From the sequence record OR142618.1: 64,000 nucleotides of DNA. The stretch is one strand, 5' to 3'. A program made the position numbers and the translations under genes. Below, piece by piece: positions 30,650 to 40,450 of this stretch (position 1 is the first letter of the stretch; each line of letters begins with the position of its first letter). The notes beneath the pieces are model-generated. The model made no database searches. It was given only the letters and a program-made list of their open reading frames with translations, and was not told the DNA's origin.

Positions 30650-31280
30650 TTGCGTAAGAAATGTATATACGATAGTGCTATATGTATATACAGACAAGTG
30701 GCTCTGTTCCATTATTGGATATTGGTAGTAGAAACTATCCCCATCGTGCTGTTATTGTAGTTCCGATAGTGTCGGGTTAACGTTTTAACAGTTATTTAAA
30801 TTATGATTTTGGGTGCCACAGAGATTGTACTTACTAAAAGGACTTAGTAAGAACCGCATATAATCTCGAAACTTGGGTAGGATGTTGGTCTAACCACGGC
30901 ATAGAATATATGCCTCAACTACTACACGGAAAGGATGATGCTCTGGTTGAAACAGAGTTTCTATAAATCTTTCAGTATAGATTCCGTATGGCTGAAAGTT
31001 GAAACACCAACATCAATAGACTATAGTTTTTGTTAGTGTGGCTATAGTTTATTCCGGCATTGAAAGTATATACAGTGATGCGAGACAGTAAGCATTAGTA
31101 GCAACTGTATATATGAGTAAGAGGATGCGTTTACAATGAGGAATTACCTATCGGTGCCCGCCTCGGGGATTGCACTTCCCAACGTACACTAAACTTCGTA
31201 CCATACCGAAACATACGTTTCTGTTATTACGATTTCCTTCCCAAACGGGGAGGAAATCTTCTCCGCCCGAATATCATAAG
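30650..31280 (+). ncRNA. large structured non-coding RNA candidate (~630 nt)
   Basis: No ORF, GC above the flanks, promoter at the 5' end, more than 10 complementary helices including long-range pairs 30801-30815/31264-31279 and 30881-30889/31006-31014. Confidence 0.75.
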
Positions 31281-31320
31281 ATCAAAAGCATTAATAATTA
31301 ATACATAAAATTCATTTAAT

Positions 31321-32330
31321 TAGTTATTAAGTATATGAGTTGTAGTTTACGAAAACGAATATACTTAATAACTACCAGTGAAGCTTGCTTCGCTGTTTAA
31401 AATTGCAATTTGTATTTTCAATTTTATATTTCGAAATGTGTTTTTGAAAATCAATCTATAAAATATAATTTTAAATATTATTTTTAAATGTCATTTTGTG
31501 ATTTTAATTTAAAATACTATTTCATAATTTAAAATGGAAATATATTAAACAATATCATTTTGTGATTTTAATTTAAACAATTCCATATAAAACTATTTTG
31601 TCTATTTCTTTTATAATCTTAAAGTCATTAAAAACCCTACAAACGTAGGGTTTTTATTTGATTATATTGTATTCGGTTCAAGACATTTAGATTATTATAA
31701 TTAATAATATCTGCATGATAATTTTATTTTATAGAAATACATTTACTAATTACATTTATCAATGAATGGTTATTTTCTTTATATTTAATGCGTCTCAGGG
31801 TATATAGCAAATATGATAAATCAAGACACATAATATTTGTGTCTATATTTTTAGTTTCATTACTCTACATAATCTATTATTGATGTATACAGTTATATAC
31901 GCTATGATGTAATAACAAACCAAATTATATAGAGAATATACATTAAACTCTGTTTTGTGTTAAATCGACACTACATATATTATTATATATTGATACCTGC
32001 TGTATATAAAACTAATTAGTTATTATGTGCTTTAGAAGAATTCCATTATAATTAGTTTTCTGTGTCATACTCAAATGATGAAAGAATATAATTCTTTCAT
32101 CTTTTTTATTATATGTTATTCAAGATTTATAATATAATTTTATAATGTTTGCAATTTATGACACAAGCTATTTTAATAGAATTATACTATTCAAAGTTTT
32201 GACTTATTTTGTGTGTAAAACGACAAAAATAGGCATATATAAAAAGCACACCTGTTTCCTGTATGAAACAAAATAGTATTTTATTAAAAATAGTGTATAG
32301 TAGTAAAAAACATCATTAATCATGCACGCA
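31321..32330. other. AT-rich non-coding region with inverted and direct repeats (origin-like)
   Basis: 16-bp perfect inverted repeat 31321-31336/31359-31374; direct repeat tcattttgtgattttaatttaaa at ~31491 and ~31555; hairpin terminator 31630-31655; lies at the gene-strand switch. Confidence 0.5.
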
Positions 32331-32334
32331 ATTT

Positions 32335-32771
32335 ATGGCAAACGTAATTAAAGAACTTCATCCCATTAAAGGATATTGCATAGTTGTGCGTCATCCGGGC
32401 GATACTAGATTTAGCTGGGTATCGCTAGACAATCAATATATTTTGGTAGACAATCCAGTACTTTTAAATGATGAATTTGATAATTGTAAAAACGAATGGC
32501 CAGATGCTGAAATAAAAATAGTAGAAGTGTATGTTGTCCCGGAGAAGGTGTTATGAATGCTATATCCAAAATATCTCCGTCTAAATGTTACACTGTCGTA
32601 GTTACAGATAATAATTGGAAATCATGCACGTGGATAAATTATAATGATTCTCCGGTTGTAGAATATGATATTTCTAAAATATCATCTATATTGGAATCTT
32701 GTAAGAAAAAGTTTGGCGATAGTAATGTAAAAGTAATGGAAATATATTTAGTACCGGAAAACTTTTTATGA
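32335..32771 (+). CDS. two paralogous small proteins (32335..32556, 32553..32771)
   Basis: Shared pattern Y..VV.......W.......V......C...KI.E.Y.VPE..L; ATGA overlap. Confidence 0.65.
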
Positions 32772-32977
32772 AAATTCGTTATATATTACTATTAATATTA
32801 TCAGACTTACAAACACTAGTAAAGGTACAGGCATTTTTATTTGCATTGCTTCCCTGTGTTATTTTATTTCTTCCTGCATCGTTCTTTATTACATTAGTTA
32901 TAACAATTGCTATAGTATGGATAATAAGTTTACTATCTTATTTGCTTATTAATAAACTGATACAAACGAGGAGCTAA
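32768..32977 (+). CDS. small membrane protein
   Basis: Highly hydrophobic. Confidence 0.55.
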   Translation: MKIRYILLLILSDLQTLVKVQAFLFALLPCVILFLPASFFITLVITIAIVWIISLLSYLLINKLIQTRS

Positions 32978-32979
32978 AA

Positions 32980-33177
32980 ATGGCAGGTCTAAGAAAATGC
33001 ATTGATGAATTCTGCAAAGGATGTATTTATGATCCTGAGTCTTCCGGCAGTTGGCGACAACAAGTAGAAAATTGTAGTGCTAAATCATGTGAACTATGGG
33101 AAGTTCGACCTGTTTCGGTAGGAACTAAACAAGAAAGAATTATTGCAAAACAAAAAAGTTCACAAGAACTTGCGTAA
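32980..33177 (+). CDS. small Cys-rich (Zn-binding) protein
   Basis: GAGGAG RBS; CxxCxxD...C....C.LW..RP. Confidence 0.7.
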   Translation: MAGLRKCIDEFCKGCIYDPESSGSWRQQVENCSAKSCELWEVRPVSVGTKQERIIAKQKSSQELA

Positions 33178-33212
33178 GACAGCTAACCAACCTAACTCTA
33201 GGTTAACCCTAG

Positions 33213-33243
33213 GTTGACTCATTTGTTGGATAGCACTATACTT
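33213..33243 (+). promoter_or_regulatory. sigma70-like promoter
   Basis: TTGACT-N17-TATACT. Confidence 0.7.
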
Positions 33244-33281
33244 GTAGCATGTTTAAAAAAACATAGCTAGGAGTAGCATTT

Positions 33282-34436
33282 ATGAGTCAGATGTACGTAA
33301 CTATCACTAACGGAATGTACCGTAACCAGCAAGTAAACGGCACATTCCTTTTACTTGAAGATGTGAAAGTTACTGGGTCGGGAAAACGAGTTATTAACGT
33401 ATTAGGTGCATTGCCGGAATGGTCTCAACATAAATGTAGAGTTACACTCGGTAATGACGCAACAGTACAATATTCGAACGAACAAGGAGAGGTTTTAGAT
33501 TTGCCTAATGTTATACGTCCGTTTGTGGGCGAAAATAATAATAATGTTCCTGCATCTAGTCGCGGTACAGTGTATGAAGGCACCGCAGTAGAAATTGACT
33601 ACGAAAAGCAATACCAACAACTAGAATCCGAAAACGATGCAATGAATCGTATCAAACGGACCTTTGAGATTGTAAATGAACTAACAGAAGCTGCCGCAGC
33701 AGGCGAAATCCGTTCTATGATCATCTCCGGTCCTCCCGGAATCGGAAAAAGTTTCGGTGTAGAAGAAACACTAAACAGGTGTTTCTTGTTGGATAAAATT
33801 AAAGATAATAAAGAACCGTTTGAGATCGTAAAGGGCGCGGCAAGTGCAATTGGTGTTTACCAAAAGCTTTACGAATTTAAAGATAAAGGTAAAATCCTTA
33901 TTTTCGATGATTGCGACCGCGTACTATTTGACGAAGATAGTCTAAATCTCCTTAAAGGTGCATTAGATACTACTAAGCGTAGAACTATTTACTGGCTTAG
34001 TGAGTCCCGTGTTTTAAAAGAAAATGATATTCCACCTAAATTCGATTTCGAAGGTAGTGTAATTTTCCTTACTAACCTTAACTTCGAGGATACAAAGTCC
34101 CGAATCGGAAGGCACCTAGAAGCAATTATGTCCCGGTGTCATTATTTAGACATGGAAATTAGTAGTACGAGAGACCAGATCCTTCGTATTAAACAAGTTG
34201 TGCGCGACGGGATGCTTAGTAAATATGAATTTAATAACGGAGAAGATGAAGAAATCCTAGAATATATTATTGATAATCAGAATGATCTGCGAGAACTTAG
34301 CTTGCGTATGGTAATTAAAATTGCCGATCTGATTAAATTCAAAAAAGATGGTTGGCGAGAATATGCAGAGACAACTGTACTGAAACGGAATGCAAAATTC
34401 CGGCGGCTGTATAACGAAAAGTACAGTGATATTTAA
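33282..34436 (+). CDS. AAA+ ATPase
   Basis: Walker A ISGPPGIGKS, Walker B LIFDDCD, IFLTN, AIMSR. Confidence 0.85.
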   Translation: MSQMYVTITNGMYRNQQVNGTFLLLEDVKVTGSGKRVINVLGALPEWSQHKCRVTLGNDATVQYSNEQGEVLDLPNVIRPFVGENNNNVPASSRGTVYEGTAVEIDYEKQYQQLESENDAMNRIKRTFEIVNELTEAAAAGEIRSMIISGPPGIGKSFGVEETLNRCFLLDKIKDNKEPFEIVKGAASAIGVYQKLYEFKDKGKILIFDDCDRVLFDEDSLNLLKGALDTTKRRTIYWLSESRVLKENDIPPKFDFEGSVIFLTNLNFEDTKSRIGRHLEAIMSRCHYLDMEISSTRDQILRIKQVVRDGMLSKYEFNNGEDEEILEYIIDNQNDLRELSLRMVIKIADLIKFKKDGWREYAETTVLKRNAKFRRLYNEKYSDI

Positions 34437-34479
34437 TACACAATAAAGTAGCAAGGATGCTACTTTCCGGAGATACGGT

Positions 34480-35413
34480 ATGAATCATTGTGTTAGGTTT
34501 GCTTTTTTAGATAGAAATATAAAAAGTTCTATAACAACGTTTATAGTTATACCTTTAATTCTTACTTCTGTAATATATTTCCTTTTTTCAGAACAAAATG
34601 TGTGGCCAGCGTGTTTTTATTTTGTCACTATGCTTATAATTTTGTTTATTGCAGAACTAGCAGCGTGTTCATCTGGAAATTTTTTTAATTGTGCTTTAAG
34701 TATATTCTCTATTTTTAGAAATATTGGTCACTTTGATACAACTTGGAAAATAACAAATGATGGTTTTATTTATTCTTTAAAAGATAACGAAACTATACAC
34801 ATCTTTGTAAATAAAAACGGTGTATATTTACATAATAATGGAAAATTTATTTATGTAGATAATGTTAAAAATACTAAAATAGATTTATCTAAACTGTCTC
34901 ACCCGGTATTTATATTAATAACATTTTACCTAAAACATAAACTCAAAGAAGATATGATACTGGCAGATTTATACGGATCAGTAAGTTCTAGTGTATTCAT
35001 GAATGATGAAGATTTTCAAAAATTATACAGACGCTAAAAAATATCTAAATACGTTTGTTTCTTGTAAACCAGAACAAACAGATATGCATAGTGTATTAAA
35101 TGGATATCAAAATTATTGTATATTCTCGTGTTTAATAGATTCTGCACAAAATTTAATAACAACTAAATTTTCTGATACTAATACTAATTCATACGAATGG
35201 ATTATTTCGTACAAAGAAAATAATAAAAATATAACATATTCTGTTGAAAACAAACCAGACATCCTAAAGAATAACGGGTTGTCTGTTGCCTTTATTGTAT
35301 GTAGGGCAAAAATAGTGTATACTAATAAATTAACAGAATTTGGTAAAACTAAATTAAAAGAAAAAAGAAATATTCTGTTAATAGACAGAGATAAAGAAAA
35401 ACTAAAAATATAA
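34480..35413 (+). CDS. two hypothetical proteins (34480..35037 membrane; 35003..35413)
   Basis: Operonic ORFs. Confidence 0.55.
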
Positions 35414-35415
35414 CC

Positions 35416-36282
35416 ATGAATAGCATAATTATAAAAACAAAAAAAGATCTTTTATACGAAACAACACTGTCGAATTTAGGATTTATAACAACTACTATAC
35501 AAGTAGGTGATATAGTAGAGTTCGATAAAATAGAAGAAGAACTTAATTCTAAAGATTTCTTTACTGCTTATGTACGTACATCTACTCATTTTCAATACGA
35601 GATAGCAAAACTTTGTGCTTCGAGATGTAAAATTGTTTTCATAGACATAAATGGTTTTAGATCGGCACAAGAATGGGAAGATATTAAAAAAGAATTTCCG
35701 TATACTAGATTTATTTTATTAAAAAATAATATGTGGAATTCTAATATTTCTGATTTTAAAAAATTAATGCCAGATACAAAAGCAATTAATATAAAATGTC
35801 TTAATAAAAACAAATTAAATTCTTTAGATTACTGGAACACAATTAAGGGTTTTTCGTTCGGCGGAACAAGCAGAGATATATTGCCTCATTTACTAAGTAT
35901 ATTTGTTTCATTAAATGATGATTTTGCAGAATCTGTAGCAACAGAGACAATATTAAAACGTAATTTGTCATTATCAGATATAAAAAAATATATACCGGGT
36001 CCTGGTTTAATTTATGATGTAGACGATTATTTTAATGTGTCGTATCAATCTAAAATAATATGTAATTTAGAAGCTGACTGGAAAAGTAATAAAACTGATG
36101 TAAAAAATATAGAATTCATTTTAAATGACGATACTAGTAGTTTATTCGATATAGATTATAATGAAGAATCATCATATTCTCGGATGATATCTAACTGTGT
36201 ACAAAATTTAAGTAACGAAGGATTTTGGAGTTATCATTATTTAATAGATGAATGGATACTTAAACAAATAGAGAATTTATAA
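35416..36282 (+). CDS. degenerate Gfo/Idh/MocA-like oxidoreductase
   Basis: Y..T..HFQYEIAK.CA..CKIVFID, RDILPHLLS, DVDD, L.ADWKS; canonical EKP is replaced by DIN. Confidence 0.45.
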   Translation: MNSIIIKTKKDLLYETTLSNLGFITTTIQVGDIVEFDKIEEELNSKDFFTAYVRTSTHFQYEIAKLCASRCKIVFIDINGFRSAQEWEDIKKEFPYTRFILLKNNMWNSNISDFKKLMPDTKAINIKCLNKNKLNSLDYWNTIKGFSFGGTSRDILPHLLSIFVSLNDDFAESVATETILKRNLSLSDIKKYIPGPGLIYDVDDYFNVSYQSKIICNLEADWKSNKTDVKNIEFILNDDTSSLFDIDYNEESSYSRMISNCVQNLSNEGFWSYHYLIDEWILKQIENL

Positions 36283-37184
36283 TGAAGGTCCGTTATTTTC
36301 ATCCCATAAACAATGTATTCGAAGAAACAGTATGGGATAAGCCCGATATAAAAAATACAGAAATTGAAGTCAAAACAAAATATGTAGGTGTTTCCAATAA
36401 TGATTTAAATGTAATTTATAACCAAACACCTTATGCTAGTAACAAATATGGTTGTGAAAGTGTAGGTATAGTAACAAAAGTTGGATCTAAAATTACTGAT
36501 GTAAAAGTGGGAGATTTTGTAGCCACAACTACGAATCATTTATATTCAGATTTTTATAATTGTAAAACAGAAGAATATGTAAAAATTCCTAAATGTTCTC
36601 CTAGATATATTTTAGAACCAATTGCTCGATCATTAAATTTAATAACACAAAATTGGAACAAATTTGTAGAGTTAAATAGAAACGAAGGTAAAATACTTAT
36701 TCTAGGATCTGGTTTTGTTGCATCTGTACTGTATACTGTCTTAACAAAAGAACACGATGTTGATCCTAATAGAATATATGTTGTTGGATCTCATAATAAA
36801 TCTATCTTTAATAAATCGTTGTATAATACTCTACCGATTCACTTGTATGACATAGTGTTTGATCTGCAGGGCATGAACACACCCTTAACAAATAATATAT
36901 TGAATACGAATTCCTTATTAATAATAGGTGCCGCAGGTAAACCGACTTTAATAGATTTAAATCTATTGGCACATAAATCTGTTACAATAAATTTCCCTAG
37001 TCCCGATAATAATAAATTTTACGAATCATTAAATGATGCATGTAGAATAGTAGAAACTAAAATCTTTGATCCTAATAAATTTTGGACTAAGGGATATAAA
37101 AGAGACACTGAATGGAAAAGTGCATTCAGTACAGGGATTAATCGCCCGAAACATTATAATTATGGTTATATTATTTGGAACTAA
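36282..37184 (+). CDS. medium-chain (GroES-like/Zn) dehydrogenase-like protein
   Basis: EIEVK..YVGV...D, GCESVG.V.KVG..IT.VKVGD.V, LEP, ILG.GF. Confidence 0.65.
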   Translation: MKVRYFHPINNVFEETVWDKPDIKNTEIEVKTKYVGVSNNDLNVIYNQTPYASNKYGCESVGIVTKVGSKITDVKVGDFVATTTNHLYSDFYNCKTEEYVKIPKCSPRYILEPIARSLNLITQNWNKFVELNRNEGKILILGSGFVASVLYTVLTKEHDVDPNRIYVVGSHNKSIFNKSLYNTLPIHLYDIVFDLQGMNTPLTNNILNTNSLLIIGAAGKPTLIDLNLLAHKSVTINFPSPDNNKFYESLNDACRIVETKIFDPNKFWTKGYKRDTEWKSAFSTGINRPKHYNYGYIIWN

Positions 37185-37186
37185 CA

Positions 37187-37693
37187 ATGGATAGAAAAGA
37201 AGTAATTTATTTTATAGGAACAGAAGTCGAACATACTCCAGTATACGGTGAAAAAACACTTTTTGTTGCTGGTCCACAAGACGGCGACGAAGTAGTAAGT
37301 AATGCATTGAAACATAACTGTAAACATATATATTTCGGTGCTAATCAAAGTTTCCCTCTACACAAAATAGATATAACAGAAGTAATTAAATGGAAACAAA
37401 TGATACTGCATTGCTTAAATAAAGGATTTTGGTGTACTTTAGATTTCGATATATGCAATTCTTCTGTAATTTTAGAAATGGATTTATCTAAGTATGATAA
37501 ATTTATTCCTATTATAAGTGCAAAAATACCAAATATATCCGAATACAATAAAAACACTATAATAAAGATAGATGATATAGGTTTTAATGAAACTAACGAA
37601 GGAGTATGGTGTCATAAGTTAAACGATTTAAAAGATAATACCGTACATACTAGCTGGGACAAATATACAGGAGATATTTCAATTGACGAATAA
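37187..37693 (+). CDS. conserved phage hypothetical protein
   Basis: F.G.EVEHTP.YG.KTLFV.G, HIYFGANQSF, KIDD.GF..TN.GVW.H. Confidence 0.7.
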   Translation: MDRKEVIYFIGTEVEHTPVYGEKTLFVAGPQDGDEVVSNALKHNCKHIYFGANQSFPLHKIDITEVIKWKQMILHCLNKGFWCTLDFDICNSSVILEMDLSKYDKFIPIISAKIPNISEYNKNTIIKIDDIGFNETNEGVWCHKLNDLKDNTVHTSWDKYTGDISIDE

Positions 37694-37988
37694 AATTAAT
37701 TATAGCAAAGTATATGAACCGAAAGGCGCACTATATAGAATTCGTCGCATTTCTGACGGTGCATTTAGCACAGGGTCTTCCAGTCCGGTGTTTGTAACTT
37801 CTGGTCCAGGAAAAGTATTCAATACCTTAGGTAAACTTAGGTCTCATCTTACTACTATTCGTAATAACCCGGTTTTACAAGACATATACAACGAATGTGA
37901 AATTGTTCAGTATGTAGAAGCTGACCAGTCAACATACACTCTAGCTGAACACACAGAATTACTTATACTTAAAAAGTTAACACAATAA
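37683..37988 (+). CDS. hypothetical protein
   Basis: Operonic ORF. Confidence 0.65.
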   Translation: MTNKINYSKVYEPKGALYRIRRISDGAFSTGSSSPVFVTSGPGKVFNTLGKLRSHLTTIRNNPVLQDIYNECEIVQYVEADQSTYTLAEHTELLILKKLTQ

Positions 37989-38092
37989 CGCGCTTTACTG
38001 CGCGTTAATTTGCGCGTATGCTGCAAAAACACGTAACACTAGAGCTTATATACGCTTATGCTTAAAAAGCTGTATAACGCAATTTATGCGTT
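37958..38092. repeat. GA/TC/GG/CC-depleted tract
   Basis: One GA in ~135 bp; palindromic cgcg/gcgc motifs. Confidence 0.7.
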
Positions 38093-38727
38093 CCTTAACG
38101 AACTTGCTTATATAAAATATATAAGATTCTATGTCTTCTTTAAATGTGTTCATAAGCATCATTTATCGGAAATACTTCTGTTAAGTAATTTAGCAGGTAC
38201 AACCATAGGAGCGTATAGATTTGAACGTCTCTTAAACATGGATTATTGCACTATATCGATTGACATGCCGCTCGACGACGATTATTTTATTGCCTGTAAT
38301 ACAAAAGGAATTATTTCTGTAGCAAAATGTAATCTCATATCAATGAATTTTTATTGTCTTGATATGCAATTATCAAACTATTATCTTTTTAAATACAACA
38401 ATACACTGAATGGTTCGTTTTTTGCGTATCCATCTAAAAATTATTTGGTACATCCAGAAGTAATATCCTATATAAAGAAATATAATAATGAGAGTTTATA
38501 TAAAAGAGCAACGTATTTGCCGGGGTAATGCCGAAATATATGATATAGTTATCAGACAGGAAGGTTATTTGGAATTTCTAGAAGAAACAGAAACAGAATA
38601 CACAGGATTTCTAACTGTTGTTAAAATATACAAATGTTCTGATGGGTATCAAAAACGAATTCATACAACAAAACAGAAGTTTTCTTTTCCGAAAGATTCT
38701 GACGAAATACTTATAATAGAATTATAG
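38058..38727 (+). CDS. two hypothetical proteins (38058..38528, 38488..38727)
   Basis: ORF track; starts uncertain. Confidence 0.45.
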
Positions 38728-38737
38728 GAATTTCTGC

Positions 38738-39304
38738 ATGACTACAACTGAGGCAACTCTACTTAGTCTCGCTATCGCTGCAAGTTGTATGGTAGCAGAC
38801 ATAATGTATTCTAAAGAATTTGAATACATTACTAACCTTAAAATAAAAGAAGAAAAACTAAAAGAAGAATTTGCTATAAATGATGAAGATAAAATAAAAT
38901 CATACATAGCATTGTGTAAAAGAAGAAAGAATTGCAGGGCAATAGCAGAAGCAATATATTATGAAGCGCGTAGTGAATCTAGGATCGGAATGCAAGGTGT
39001 AGCATTTACGATATTAAATAGAGCCATGAATCCTACTAGATGGCCCAACACCCCGTACAGTGTGGTTTACTATAAATGCCAATTTAGTTATACTTGCGAC
39101 GGCAGTAGAAAACAAGGTTTTAAAGAAAAAGATAAATGGGATTTAGCTAATATAGTAGCATATAGGGCTATAAATAGACTATCTAGCGATCCCACCAACG
39201 GCGCTGATCATTATTATGCACCGCACAGAGTAAGCAAACCGTATTGGGCAAAGAAAATGAGAAAAACTGCCAAATTAGGTAATCATGTGTTTTATAAATC
39301 GTAA
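38738..39304 (+). CDS. cell wall hydrolase, SleB/Hydrolase_2 family (lytic transglycosylase)
   Basis: AIYYEARSE...GM..VA..ILNR....WPNT...VVY...QFS, DPTNGADHY. Confidence 0.9.
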   Translation: MTTTEATLLSLAIAASCMVADIMYSKEFEYITNLKIKEEKLKEEFAINDEDKIKSYIALCKRRKNCRAIAEAIYYEARSESRIGMQGVAFTILNRAMNPTRWPNTPYSVVYYKCQFSYTCDGSRKQGFKEKDKWDLANIVAYRAINRLSSDPTNGADHYYAPHRVSKPYWAKKMRKTAKLGNHVFYKS

Positions 39305-39319
39305 TGAGGGGATTATACT

Positions 39320-39830
39320 ATGGTATGCAAAACAATAACAAAAGAAATGTTTGAAATGCAATATAATATAAGAAACTATTCTACCGTTGCTCATATATAT
39401 ATTAGCACAAGAGCAAATATAATAGAAATATATTATAAAACCCCGTTTAACCAGGGCATAGTATTGCAAAATTATTACGTTAACGAAGAATGCGACCAAT
39501 ATATACAGTCTTGTAGATTATATAGGGAATATGAAAAAAATAGAATATAAAATAAATCTTTTAATCGAAGAAATAAAAGAGTTTAAAAGAACAAAAAAAG
39601 AACTCAATGAAGACCTAATGCAACATTATACAAAGTTCTATTCAGAACAAGTTAAAGATGTTTATTTTAGATCTTTAAATTTTAGACGAAATTCTGTAAA
39701 ACAACTTATTAAACAATTGCATACAGTATGTAAACAAGCTAAAATAAAATTACTTTATATTAAAGCTAAGTCTTCAACTAAACAGCAGAGGCAAAAATGT
39801 AATAAAGTAAACGTAACTAGACGAACATAA
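39320..39830 (+). CDS. two hypothetical proteins (39320..39550, 39531..39830)
   Basis: GAGG RBS, operonic. Confidence 0.55.
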
Positions 39831-39904
39831 TATTTTGCGCTATACTGTATATCAAGCTAAGAAGCTTAACAAACAACATTAATACAACCGAGAGGTAATT
39901 TGCA

Positions 39905-40264
39905 ATGGCAAAAAGCTACGAAGAAGCATGGGCACTGGCAGAATTTCCCGAGCACTCGAAGGTCGTCGATGGTCAAGTCGGCGGCGTAACCGAATACGTT
40001 CTCCAGGAAATCGACTCCTACTGCATCGTCGACAAGGACGGCAACAAGGTGTGGCTGAACATTCAGGGCAACATGCACCGCTTGCTCGGTCCGGCCACCC
40101 ACATCAACGGGAAAAAGAAAAACGCCTGGGCAGTGGACGGTGACATCATCCGCACCTGGGATGAATACGAAAAAGCCGTCGGCGACCGGGTGCCGAAAGA
40201 GCACATTATGATGCTCAAGCTTCAACACGGCGACGATCAGTTCGAGTTCGACACCGACGACTAA
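39905..40264 (+). CDS. high-GC hypothetical protein with an HRLxGPA motif
   Basis: GAGG RBS, promoter TAGACG-N17-TATACT at 39818, host-like codons, terminator 40289-40325. Confidence 0.8.
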   Translation: MAKSYEEAWALAEFPEHSKVVDGQVGGVTEYVLQEIDSYCIVDKDGNKVWLNIQGNMHRLLGPATHINGKKKNAWAVDGDIIRTWDEYEKAVGDRVPKEHIMMLKLQHGDDQFEFDTDD

Positions 40265-40450
40265 ACCGGCGGCGAGTGCGCTCGGTTTATATAAAATAAG
40301 GGACTTTATGTCCCTTATTTTATATAAGAAATAAACAATAAATGACATTTTTAGTTGAATGTTGCTTGCAATCATGTATTTTTGAATATAATAATTAATG
40401 TAAAATATTAGTCGTTTCTGTAATTATATTTTCATAATAGGATATATAGT

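Noticed and set aside
31012-31050. AGACTATA...TATAGT resembling group I intron P7 (R/S) elements
   Set aside because: Only ~15 nt separate them, leaving no room for P3/P8, and no interrupted gene flanks the region.
31247-31262. GGGGAGGAAA resembling the RNase P P4 5' strand
   Set aside because: It pairs locally with gatttccttccc, lies at the 3' end, and no matching P4 3' strand was seen.
30650-31280. tmRNA, CRISPR array or retron interpretation of the non-coding region
   Set aside because: No tRNA-Ala-like ends, no repeat-spacer periodicity, and no reverse transcriptase or cas genes in the window.
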